Notes: a model not told the origin generated them from the letters alone. A DNA stretch of 32,000 nt from Nitrosarchaeum sp. (GCA_965223865.1 OZ245020.1:1446000-1477999), one strand, 5' to 3'; shown: positions 16,917 to 24,382, counted from the stretch's first letter. Numbers and translations: made by a program.

Positions 16917-19900
16917 TTAGGATTTTGTTACTTTGGGTTTGGTAGCTTTTTTAGGTTTGGCTACTTTGGGTTTGGTAGCTTTTTTAGGTTTGGCTACTTT
17001 GGGTTTGGTAGCTTTTTTAGGTTTGGCTACTTTGGGTTTGGTAGCTTTTTTAGGTTTGGCTACTTTGGGTTTGGTAGCTTTTTTAGGTTTGGCTACTTTG
17101 GGTTTGGTAGCTTTTTTAGGTTTGGCTACTTTGGGTTTATTCTGTTGCTCACTAATTTTTTGTTTAGTTTGTTCTTGTTTTATTTTTAATTTTTTAATAT
17201 CATCTTTAATTTTTTGTTCCTTCTTTTCTTGCTTTATTTTTAATTTTTCATAATTAGCTTTTTCCCTTTCTAATTGTCTTACTAGAATTTGTTGTTCCTT
17301 GTGTTTTTTCATTTCTTCTTTTTTCTGAATAGAAATCAATTGTTTTTCTTTAGAAATAGAATTAATTAATTCAAGACGTTTTTCTTTAGATTTAATCAAT
17401 TCATTTTTTTCTGTTTGAAGCGAATTCTTTATTTTTTCATAATTAGATAATGTAGTTTTTTCTTCTTCAATTTGAGATAAAAGAACATCATGTTCTGATT
17501 TGAACTTTTCAAGAGATTCTTTTTCTGCTTGGAGTTTAGCTAGATTTTCTTTTTGAAGTTCGGATTCTTGTTCAAGGGATTGTTTTTCTGCTTGGAGTTT
17601 AGCCAGGTTTTCTTTTTGGATTGAATATTCATTCTCAAGGGATTGCTGTTCTTGTTTTACTTGTTCTAGAAGTTGGTCATAATCAGATTGTGTCTTTTCA
17701 AGGGATTGTTTTTCTGCTTGGAGTTTAGGTAAGCTTTCTGCTTGGAGTTTGCTATCAGCTGCAATAGCCTGTTTTTCTTTTTCTATTTGGTCTAGTAGAT
17801 CATCGTAATCAGATTGTGTCTTTTCAAGAGATTCTTTTTCTGCTTGGAGTTTAGCCAGGTTTTTTTCTTCAAGTTTACTTTTAGAATCAATATCTTGTTT
17901 TTCTTGATTAATTTTTTGCATTAATTTTTCATTATCAGATTGTGCTTGTTCAAGGGATTGTTTTTCTGCTTGGAGTTTAGCCAGGTTTTCTTTTTGGATT
18001 GAATATTCATTCTCAAGGGATTGCTGTTCTTGTTTTACTTGTTCTAGAAGTTGGTCATAATCAGATTGTGTCTTTTCAAGGGATTGTTTTTCTGCTTGGA
18101 GTTTAGCCAGGTTTTCTTTTTGGATTGAATATTCATTCTCAAGGGATTGCTGTTCTTGTTTTACTTGTTCTAGAAGTTGGTCATAATCAGATTGTGTCTT
18201 TTCAAGGGATTGTTTTTCTGCTTGGAGTTTAGCCAGGTTTTCTTTTTGGATTGAATATTCATTCTCAAGGGATTGCTGTTCTTGTTTTACTTGTTCTAGA
18301 AGTTGGTCATAATCAGATTGTGTCTTTTCAAGGGATTGTTTTTCTGCTTGGAGTTTAGGTAAGCTTTCTGCTTGGAGTTTGCTATCAGCTGCAATAGCCT
18401 GTTTTTCTTTTTCTATTTGGTCTAGTAGATCATCGTAATCAGATTGTGTCTTTTCAAGGGATTGTTTTTCTGCTTGGAGTTTAGCCAGGTTTTCTTTTTG
18501 GATTGAATATTCATTCTCAAGGGATTGCTGTTCTTGTTTTACTTGTTCTAGAAGTTGGTCATAATCAGATTGTGTCTTTTCAAGGGATTGTTTTTCTGCT
18601 TGGAGTTTAGCCAGGTTTTCTTTTTGGATTGAATATTCATTCTCAAGGGATTGCTGTTCTTGTTTTACTTGTTCTAGAAGTTGGTCATAATCAGATTGTG
18701 TCTTTTCAAGGGATTGTTTTTCTGCTTGGAGTTTAGGTAAGCTTTCTGCTTGGAGTTTGCTATCAGCTGCAATAGCCTGTTTTTCTTTTTCTATTTGGTC
18801 TAGTAGATCATCGTAATCAGATTGTGTCTTTTCAAGAGATTCTTTTTCTGCTTGGAGTTTAGCCAGGTTTTTTTCTTCAAGTTTACTTTTAGAATCAATA
18901 TCTTGTTTTTCTTGATTAATTTTTTGCATTAATTTTTCATTATCAGATTGTGCTTGTTCAAGGGATTGTTTTTCTGCTTGGAGTTTAGCCAGGTTTTCTT
19001 TTTGGATTGAATATTCATTCTCAAGGGATTGCTGTTCTTGTTTTACTTGTTCTAGAAGTTGGTCATAATCAGATTGTGTCTTTTCAAGGGATTGTTTTTC
19101 TGCTTGGAGTTTAGGTAAGCTTTCTGCTTGGAGTTTGCTATCAGCTGCAATAGCCTGTTTTTCTTTTTCTATTTGGTCTAGTAGATCATCGTAATCAGAT
19201 TGTGTCTTTTCAAGGGATTGTTTTTCTGCTTGGAGTTTAGCCAGGTTTTCTTTTTGGATTGAATATTCATTCTCAAGGGATTGCTGTTCTTGTTTTAATT
19301 CATTTATGATTTTATTAATTTCATTTTTTGATTTTTCTAATTCAAGTTTTTCTTCTTCAAGTTGTTTTGATAATTCTGCTTGTTCATGTAATCGGGTTTT
19401 TTGAGACTCTCGCATTTCTTCAAGATGAATTTTTTCTTGTTGAATGTTTTTCTCTACTTCTTCTTGTTCTTTTTGAGCTTGGATTAATTCTGCTTTCTGA
19501 GATTCAGAATCTTTCATTAAGGATTCTCTTTCTTTTTTGATTTTTTCTAAAACAGCTGTTCTCTCGATTTTTATTTTCTCTAGTTCTGCTTTTTGGGCTG
19601 AAATTTGTTCAAATAAATTAATCTGAGATGAAATACTCTCACGTTCTCTTTTAATTTGAGACAATAGTTCTGCTTTTGCAGATTCAATTTCTTTTTTTCC
19701 TTCTATGTTTGTTTGGTTTGTTTTAGAAAAATCTGGATTTTCTGACTCTGTGTAAATGACTTCTTTAATTTTCGACTCCTCAATATTATTTTTATTAACA
19801 ACATAGGAATCTTCTACAGTGAATTGATTTGAATTCCAACCTTTGGGCATTGTGCCTCTGATTGTCATATTCTCTTTGGATTTTTGATTTGCTTCATTGG

Positions 19901-20291
19901 TTTGATCAGAAGTTCTTTCATCGGTAATCAAGTTAGTTGTATTACTTGATAATTCATTTAGTTTTCGTTGTACATAATTATAATCAGATTGATACAAAGA
20001 ACGGCCTTTTGATAGTGCATCATGTATAGATTGAAGCCGTCCATAATCACCAGCATCAGAATCAATTAGTTTGTCAACAAGGGGTAAAAGATCACTTTGA
20101 GGAACTTCTTCACTTTTAAATTCAAATGAGGATTCTAATAATTTTTCTAGGTACAGTCTATCAGTATTAAACAGAGTTTTGTTATTTCGAAGTGATTCAC
20201 GAATGTGATCTAATCTCCCTACATCACCTTTACCAAGATCTATTAATTGGCCAATTCTTTCAATGGTTTCTTCAATAGTTAATTCTTGCAT
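16917..20291 (-). CDS. 1124-aa repeat protein: duplicated N-terminal module, ~800-aa coiled coil and Lys/Pro-rich basic tail
   Basis: One uninterrupted ORF with no signal peptide or TM segment. Heptad-compatible Q/E/K/L-rich sequence across residues ~195-1040. Tandem DNA repeats are listed separately below. Confidence 0.85.
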   Translation of the reverse strand: MQELTIEETIERIGQLIDLGKGDVGRLDHIRESLRNNKTLFNTDRLYLEKLLESSFEFKSEEVPQSDLLPLVDKLIDSDAGDYGRLQSIHDALSKGRSLYQSDYNYVQRKLNELSSNTTNLITDERTSDQTNEANQKSKENMTIRGTMPKGWNSNQFTVEDSYVVNKNNIEESKIKEVIYTESENPDFSKTNQTNIEGKKEIESAKAELLSQIKRERESISSQINLFEQISAQKAELEKIKIERTAVLEKIKKERESLMKDSESQKAELIQAQKEQEEVEKNIQQEKIHLEEMRESQKTRLHEQAELSKQLEEEKLELEKSKNEINKIINELKQEQQSLENEYSIQKENLAKLQAEKQSLEKTQSDYDDLLDQIEKEKQAIAADSKLQAESLPKLQAEKQSLEKTQSDYDQLLEQVKQEQQSLENEYSIQKENLAKLQAEKQSLEQAQSDNEKLMQKINQEKQDIDSKSKLEEKNLAKLQAEKESLEKTQSDYDDLLDQIEKEKQAIAADSKLQAESLPKLQAEKQSLEKTQSDYDQLLEQVKQEQQSLENEYSIQKENLAKLQAEKQSLEKTQSDYDQLLEQVKQEQQSLENEYSIQKENLAKLQAEKQSLEKTQSDYDDLLDQIEKEKQAIAADSKLQAESLPKLQAEKQSLEKTQSDYDQLLEQVKQEQQSLENEYSIQKENLAKLQAEKQSLEKTQSDYDQLLEQVKQEQQSLENEYSIQKENLAKLQAEKQSLEKTQSDYDQLLEQVKQEQQSLENEYSIQKENLAKLQAEKQSLEQAQSDNEKLMQKINQEKQDIDSKSKLEEKNLAKLQAEKESLEKTQSDYDDLLDQIEKEKQAIAADSKLQAESLPKLQAEKQSLEKTQSDYDQLLEQVKQEQQSLENEYSIQKENLAKLQAEKQSLEQESELQKENLAKLQAEKESLEKFKSEHDVLLSQIEEEKTTLSNYEKIKNSLQTEKNELIKSKEKRLELINSISKEKQLISIQKKEEMKKHKEQQILVRQLEREKANYEKLKIKQEKKEQKIKDDIKKLKIKQEQTKQKISEQQNKPKVAKPKKATKPKVAKPKKATKPKVAKPKKATKPKVAKPKKATKPKVAKPKKATKPKVAKPKKATKPKVTKS
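16929..17138 (-). repeat. 33-bp tandem repeat, about 6.4 visually identical copies, encoding (KPKVAKPKKAT)n
   Basis: Unit TACTTTGGGTTTGGTAGCTTTTTTAGGTTTGGC begins at 16929, 16962, 16995 and so on. It forms the C-terminus of the 1124-aa ORF. Confidence 0.95.
17598..19235 (-). repeat. 126-bp tandem repeat, 13 units of three sequence types
   Basis: Unit boundaries checked by hand at 17598, 17724, 17976, 18102 and 19235. Protein-order pattern is A B C A' B B A B B B C A' B, with diverged partial units on both sides. Confidence 0.95.
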
Positions 20292-20719
20292 TTACCTCAT
20301 CTGAAATCCTATCATTTTTGATTAATGTAATGACAGGATAAAAAAACTTTTGAAAATTCATTTTGTGGAAATTATCAAACACGATCAAACTACGCTCTCA
20401 AAAAAATTAAGCAGAAGGCAAGATGTTTCCATCTTCAAGATTCAGTTCATGCTCTGAACTGAGCAAAGTGACCATTGTCACTTTTATTACGCTTATTTCA
20501 TCGTAATTGATCAATTTCTTGACCATCTCTGAGCCTTTCTGCGCTTTACATCCCAGAATTATTTCAAGAATGCAATATTATTACGCATTGATAATATTTA
20601 TTGATGATCTATAATTTCTATATAATTACTATATAGAATAAAATAAAAATTAAAAATATTTGAAATTTTTTTTGGATTTATTCAAATTTTTTAGCAACTA
20701 ATGTATCTTAAAACCAGAT

Positions 20720-21550
20720 TTAGAGTCTTTTTGATAATTGTTTTTTTTGTCCTACAAACAAAATACCAACAATTGCGATTCCTAGAATGGTCATAGTCAT
20801 AACACCAAATTCTGGAACTACGGTAGTCCCAACAATTGTAATTAATTTTGAATTCTCAGTCAACATAATATTGAGAACCCCTAGATCATTTTCTTTTACA
20901 TAATCAAATTCAGAGATCATTTCCCCGTCCACCCAAATTACAAAAGGACCTTCAATCAGATCGAAAGGAAGTCGTAATGTCAAATTATGATCGTCTGATT
21001 TTGCATTTCCAACTATCTCAAAGGTTATTGATTTTTCATCTTCATTAATGGATGCATTGGATAGTAATCCATCGAAATCATATTCCACATCAAATGTGGT
21101 CAATCCATCGCCAGCATCTGCACCAACTTGAGGAAGAATTTGAAATCCTTCAATAACAAACACAGTTCCAGTCATCCAGGGATGAACAAGACAATAGTAT
21201 GGATACTCATCTTTTTCGGTAAAAATAAAAGAAAATGATTTTCCAGGTGCAAATAAACCACTATCAAACATGTCATCTGGTCCATCAGTAGGAGTTCCAG
21301 AAGTTACGGTATGTGCAGCAGTATCTGCATTTTTCCAAACCACTTCATCACCAATCTCTATTGTAATATCGCCAGTAGTACTACCGTCTTTCTCACTTTG
21401 CCAGAAATATGGCGCATCAGGACTGGCAGCACCTGTGGGAATATTGATATCATAACTTGAAAAACCATATACCGGTCCTACCATAGAAAATACAAATAAT
21501 CCAAAAATTGCAGAAAGCAAAAAAAGAGATTTCATAAATTTACTTTGCAT
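20720..21550 (-). CDS. Secreted blue (type 1) copper protein, cupredoxin domain + extra beta-rich domain + PEFG-type C-terminal anchor
   Basis: N-terminal signal/TM. Copper ligands are AAHTVTS (His) and YYCLVHPWMTG (Cys, His, Met). C-terminus is VVPEFG + hydrophobic helix + KKQLSKRL. Confidence 0.8.
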   Translation of the reverse strand: MQSKFMKSLFLLSAIFGLFVFSMVGPVYGFSSYDINIPTGAASPDAPYFWQSEKDGSTTGDITIEIGDEVVWKNADTAAHTVTSGTPTDGPDDMFDSGLFAPGKSFSFIFTEKDEYPYYCLVHPWMTGTVFVIEGFQILPQVGADAGDGLTTFDVEYDFDGLLSNASINEDEKSITFEIVGNAKSDDHNLTLRLPFDLIEGPFVIWVDGEMISEFDYVKENDLGVLNIMLTENSKLITIVGTTVVPEFGVMTMTILGIAIVGILFVGQKKQLSKRL

Positions 21551-21658
21551 AATTGCTTAAAATGGTTTTGTTGTACTCAAAAAACAAATTTGAGAATAAC
21601 ACAGAAGGTAAATTTGAAAAAGATTTGAATTTATTTAGATGGACAAAATATCAAAAAT

Positions 21659-21898
21659 GTGAAGAGTGGTTCGACAATAATTATTGTAGGAATTACAATG
21701 GTTATTTCAGGACTGATAACGTTTTATTCTATTCAGAGTAACTCTAATTTGGATCCCTTATTCAGGGAGATAAAGCATGCAGGGACGTTTGTAGGCTTAA
21801 TGGGATTTGGAGTAATAATGGCAGGAATTTTGTTATATTTGATGAATAGAAATCAGCCAGCATTACAAGAAGATTACGATGCAGAAATGGATATCTAA
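21659..21898 (+). CDS. Small two-TM membrane protein (79 aa)
   Basis: Two clear hydrophobic helices and an acidic tail. GTG start. Divergent from the copper protein gene. Confidence 0.5.
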   Translation: MKSGSTIIIVGITMVISGLITFYSIQSNSNLDPLFREIKHAGTFVGLMGFGVIMAGILLYLMNRNQPALQEDYDAEMDI

Positions 21899-21913
21899 GT
21901 CACCTGCTAGGTT

Positions 21914-22105
21914 CTAGGTGCTTGAAAGTAATTTCTTGTATTCCTCAACAGGAGTGACAAATTTGCATGTCTTACAAAATAAGACCTCTTTATTCACCAT
22001 GTCACTAATGGATGTAGGAATTTTTCCACAGTATAGCGACTTGTTTTCACAATTAGGGCATCTTGCCAACAAGTGATTCATTCCATATTCATTTGTCATA
22101 TTCAT
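21914..22105 (-). CDS. Small zinc-ribbon protein (63 aa)
   Basis: CPNC..(25 aa)..CKTC. Confidence 0.55.
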   Translation of the reverse strand: MNMTNEYGMNHLLARCPNCENKSLYCGKIPTSISDMVNKEVLFCKTCKFVTPVEEYKKLLSST

Positions 22106-22205
22106 AAGAATAGTACAGAATCATCGTATATTAGTAAAAAGTAGAAGTTCTACTAATGCCTAGAAAGTCAGAATTTATAATAATGACAAATTTCAAGTTT
22201 AGGAA

Positions 22206-22631
22206 TTGCCTTCAGGAACTTGGATTGGTGGAATTTTTTTCAAAGACGAAGGAGGATATGAGATTATCTTAAAATCACTAAATCACTACAAGAAAAGATT
22301 GAGAACCATTGGAAACAGTCCAGAACTAAAAGATTCAGCTGCAATGTTTGCGTCAATATTACAGCAAGAGGCAACTAAGACAATTCCCAAAATTGAAGGG
22401 ACGATAAAAAAGATTAATGATTGTTTATCAGGAATCCAGTCAGTAGATTCATTGATTCAAGACATACCATTTTTTCAAAAAGCACTTGAATGTTATGATT
22501 CAGATATCAAAAAGGCTCAAAATACAGGATATGAGTATTTTGTGAATTTAGTAGGAGATTTATCAATTGCAAAAGATGAAATCATCCTTATTAAAAACGC
22601 ACAAAAAAAGATTAACCAGTTTTCAAACTAA
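22206..22631 (+). CDS. Hypothetical protein (141 aa)
   Basis: Clean ORF with a TTG start. Nothing recognised. Confidence 0.5.
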   Translation: MPSGTWIGGIFFKDEGGYEIILKSLNHYKKRLRTIGNSPELKDSAAMFASILQQEATKTIPKIEGTIKKINDCLSGIQSVDSLIQDIPFFQKALECYDSDIKKAQNTGYEYFVNLVGDLSIAKDEIILIKNAQKKINQFSN

Positions 22632-22632
22632 A

Positions 22633-22863
22633 TTAAATTCCCTGCAAATACCAGTCTAGGTAAGGTTGAAGGTTTTTACAAAGTTTCTTCTTTTCAGATT
22701 CCTCATGAGCATTAGGTATTGCTTGAATTTTTCCTTCAAGATAGTCCCTAGTCAAATTACTCTTAAAGTGATTCTTTATTTCATCGAGAGTTTTAACTAT
22801 TGTCTCAGACGGAATATTCTCAAAATTATTTAAAATTTCCTTTGTTTGCTTTTGTAATGACAT
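22633..22863 (-). CDS. Hypothetical small protein (76 aa)
   Basis: ORF with normal composition. The antisense ORF 22800..23000 is less plausible. Confidence 0.45.
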   Translation of the reverse strand: MSLQKQTKEILNNFENIPSETIVKTLDEIKNHFKSNLTRDYLEGKIQAIPNAHEESEKKKLCKNLQPYLDWYLQGI

Positions 22864-22913
22864 CTATTCGCAAAAAATTATTGCCCTTATTATTTTTTCA
22901 TAAATCGATAAAA

Positions 22914-23147
22914 TCAGGAAACATCCTCATCATCCCAAGTGATACGAAATCTTCCAACTGCTCTGAACATTTGCAGCCGTCCTCCTTTTTTGAATTTTAA
23001 TTTGTAGGAATTTTGAGAGGTATCCTCAATATCGAGGGGAGTATCATCATCAAGTGCTTCAAAAATGATTGGGTTTGTTGAAATTTGTTTCCATTCATCA
23101 GGTTCAAAATCAAGATAGAATTTTGTGTATAGTAACCCCATTTTCAA
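22914..23147 (-). CDS. Hypothetical small acidic protein (77 aa)
   Basis: ORF upstream of 22633..22863 on the same strand. Confidence 0.45.
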   Translation of the reverse strand: MKMGLLYTKFYLDFEPDEWKQISTNPIIFEALDDDTPLDIEDTSQNSYKLKFKKGGRLQMFRAVGRFRITWDDEDVS

Positions 23148-23427
23148 TAGAATGTAAATTTTTCTTTTATAAAAAACTAGACAGACCCCTATTTTTGAAT
23201 TACAGTAAACAAGTACAGGGTTTGAATATAGAGATTTTTTAAAATCAAACAGGAATCAAGCAGACTCTAAAATACCATGTGAAGAATAGTCTCATCTATC
23301 TAGGCGTGCTATCTAAAATCATATTTTGTTTTTCATATGAAGATTGAAGTTTGGTTGAATATTATGTTGGTAAAAGGTCAATTTTTCAAATGTAATCCTT
23401 TTTTCCGTTTTTTTTAAAAAAACAAGT

Positions 23428-23623
23428 ATGAGTCAACAAATTACTCAAAATAAGAACAAGAAGGAAGTTTCTAAAGCAAAAGTGTATGCAAAAGTCTACC
23501 GTAAAATGATTCGTCAAATGGTGAAAAATTCTCAAGACGAATGTTTGTAGAGTAATGCACCAAGCAGTTAGAAATTTAGCAGCAAAATTAATTCAGAATG
23601 GTTTAATCAATAATACAAGGTAA
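23428..23623 (+). pseudogene. Small basic ORF split across two frames at an A5 run (40 + 22 codons; about 64 aa if joined)
   Basis: MSQQITQNKNKKEVSKAKVYAKVYRKMIRQMVKNSQDECL* lies in frame 1. Frame 2 is open from 23525 (KILKTNVCRVMHQAVRNLAAKLIQNGLINNTR*). It is followed at once by an 11-bp hairpin. Confidence 0.25.
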
Positions 23624-23669
23624 TTTTTGTACAATAAAGATTACAATGTTATTTAGCAGTACAAAAATT
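23622..23669 (+). terminator. Perfect 11-bp hairpin immediately after the small ORF stop
   Basis: AATTTTTGTAC (23622-23632) and GTACAAAAATT (23659-23669), with a 26-nt loop. Confidence 0.3.
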
Positions 23670-23773
23670 TGCCATTAGAATAATAAAAAACACTAACGAT
23701 GTCAAAATACTATAAGTTACTATTAATCTAACAAATTCTGCGTATCATTTTAGTCAAAAAAGGAGTACAATTT

Positions 23774-23837
23774 CATAGGCAGGAGAATCACTTGTTCGGC
23801 CCACAAGTCAAACATCATATGACCCTGCTTATGGACA
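23774..23837 (+). ncRNA. Two-tier hairpin followed by ACA (H/ACA-like shape), candidate sRNA
   Basis: Lower stem CATAGGCAGG (23774-23783) pairs with CCTGCTTATG (23824-23833), including one G-U. Upper stem is ACTTGT/ACAAGT (23790-23795 / 23803-23808) with a 7-nt loop. GACAACA follows the stem. No obvious K-turn. Confidence 0.2.
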
Positions 23838-24011
23838 ACATCAGACTATTTACATTATAAACTAAAAACATTCCTCAACATTGGTTCATTATAGAATTTG
23901 ATTTATGTAAAACAAAAAAACGATTTAAAATTCTACAGAGGAATTGGTCATTAGTTTTCAAAAACAAGGAGGTTTTGTCTGTTTTTTCTTAGGCAATTAG
24001 AAAAAATTAGT

Positions 24012-24203
24012 TTAATCCATTTTTCTACTACCTTCAAGTATTCCAGAATCACCATGAATTCTATCAATATGCTTTGAAAGCGTTTCCTTACCCTCAAAAA
24101 TGGATTCACAGTAAGGGCAGGAGAATTTTTCTTCAGACATACTGGTTAGTGATTTATGTGTCTTTTTAGCCTTACTCAAAATATCGTTCCTGATCAGTGC
24201 CAA
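24012..24203 (-). CDS. Small C2H2 zinc-finger protein
   Basis: FSCPYCESIFEGKETLSKHIDRIH is a classical C-x2-C-x12-H-x4-H finger. The start may be the internal ATG (MSEEKF). Confidence 0.6.
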   Translation of the reverse strand: MALIRNDILSKAKKTHKSLTSMSEEKFSCPYCESIFEGKETLSKHIDRIHGDSGILEGSRKMD

Positions 24204-24247
24204 ACATTAGCTATTACGTTTTTAATTAATGAAATGCAATTAAGGGC

Positions 24248-24382
24248 ATGATAAAAATATCAGATCTTCGAGTTTGTACTAATTGTTCTAATGTTTTTTC
24301 TAGACAGGGTGGAATGACTCTTAAACATAACTGCCCTCATTGTGGTTCTGAGAATTCTGAGGCAATATCAAAAGAAGAATAA
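24248..24382 (+). CDS. Small zinc-ribbon protein (44 aa), not in the ORF track
   Basis: Hand translation: MIKISDLRVCTNCSNVFSRQGGMTLKHNCPHCGSENSEAISKEE (C-x2-C..15 aa..C-x2-C). Confidence 0.5.
   Translation: MIKISDLRVCTNCSNVFSRQGGMTLKHNCPHCGSENSEAISKEE

Noticed and set aside
16933-17253. Track ORF (106 aa, GLVAFLGLATL repeats) on the plus strand
   Set aside because: It is the antisense reading of the 33-bp KPKVAKPKKAT repeat, a mirror artefact of the real minus-strand gene. ORF 19328..19540 is rejected for the same reason.
17598-19235. Regular 126-bp repeats considered as a CRISPR-like or other non-coding array
   Set aside because: The units are contiguous with no unique spacers. The whole region is one uninterrupted 3375-nt ORF with a preserved heptad pattern. 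No cas genes are nearby.
21553-21741. Track ORF, 62 aa, plus strand
   Set aside because: It overlaps, in another frame, the better-supported two-TM ORF 21659..21898, and it has no features of its own.
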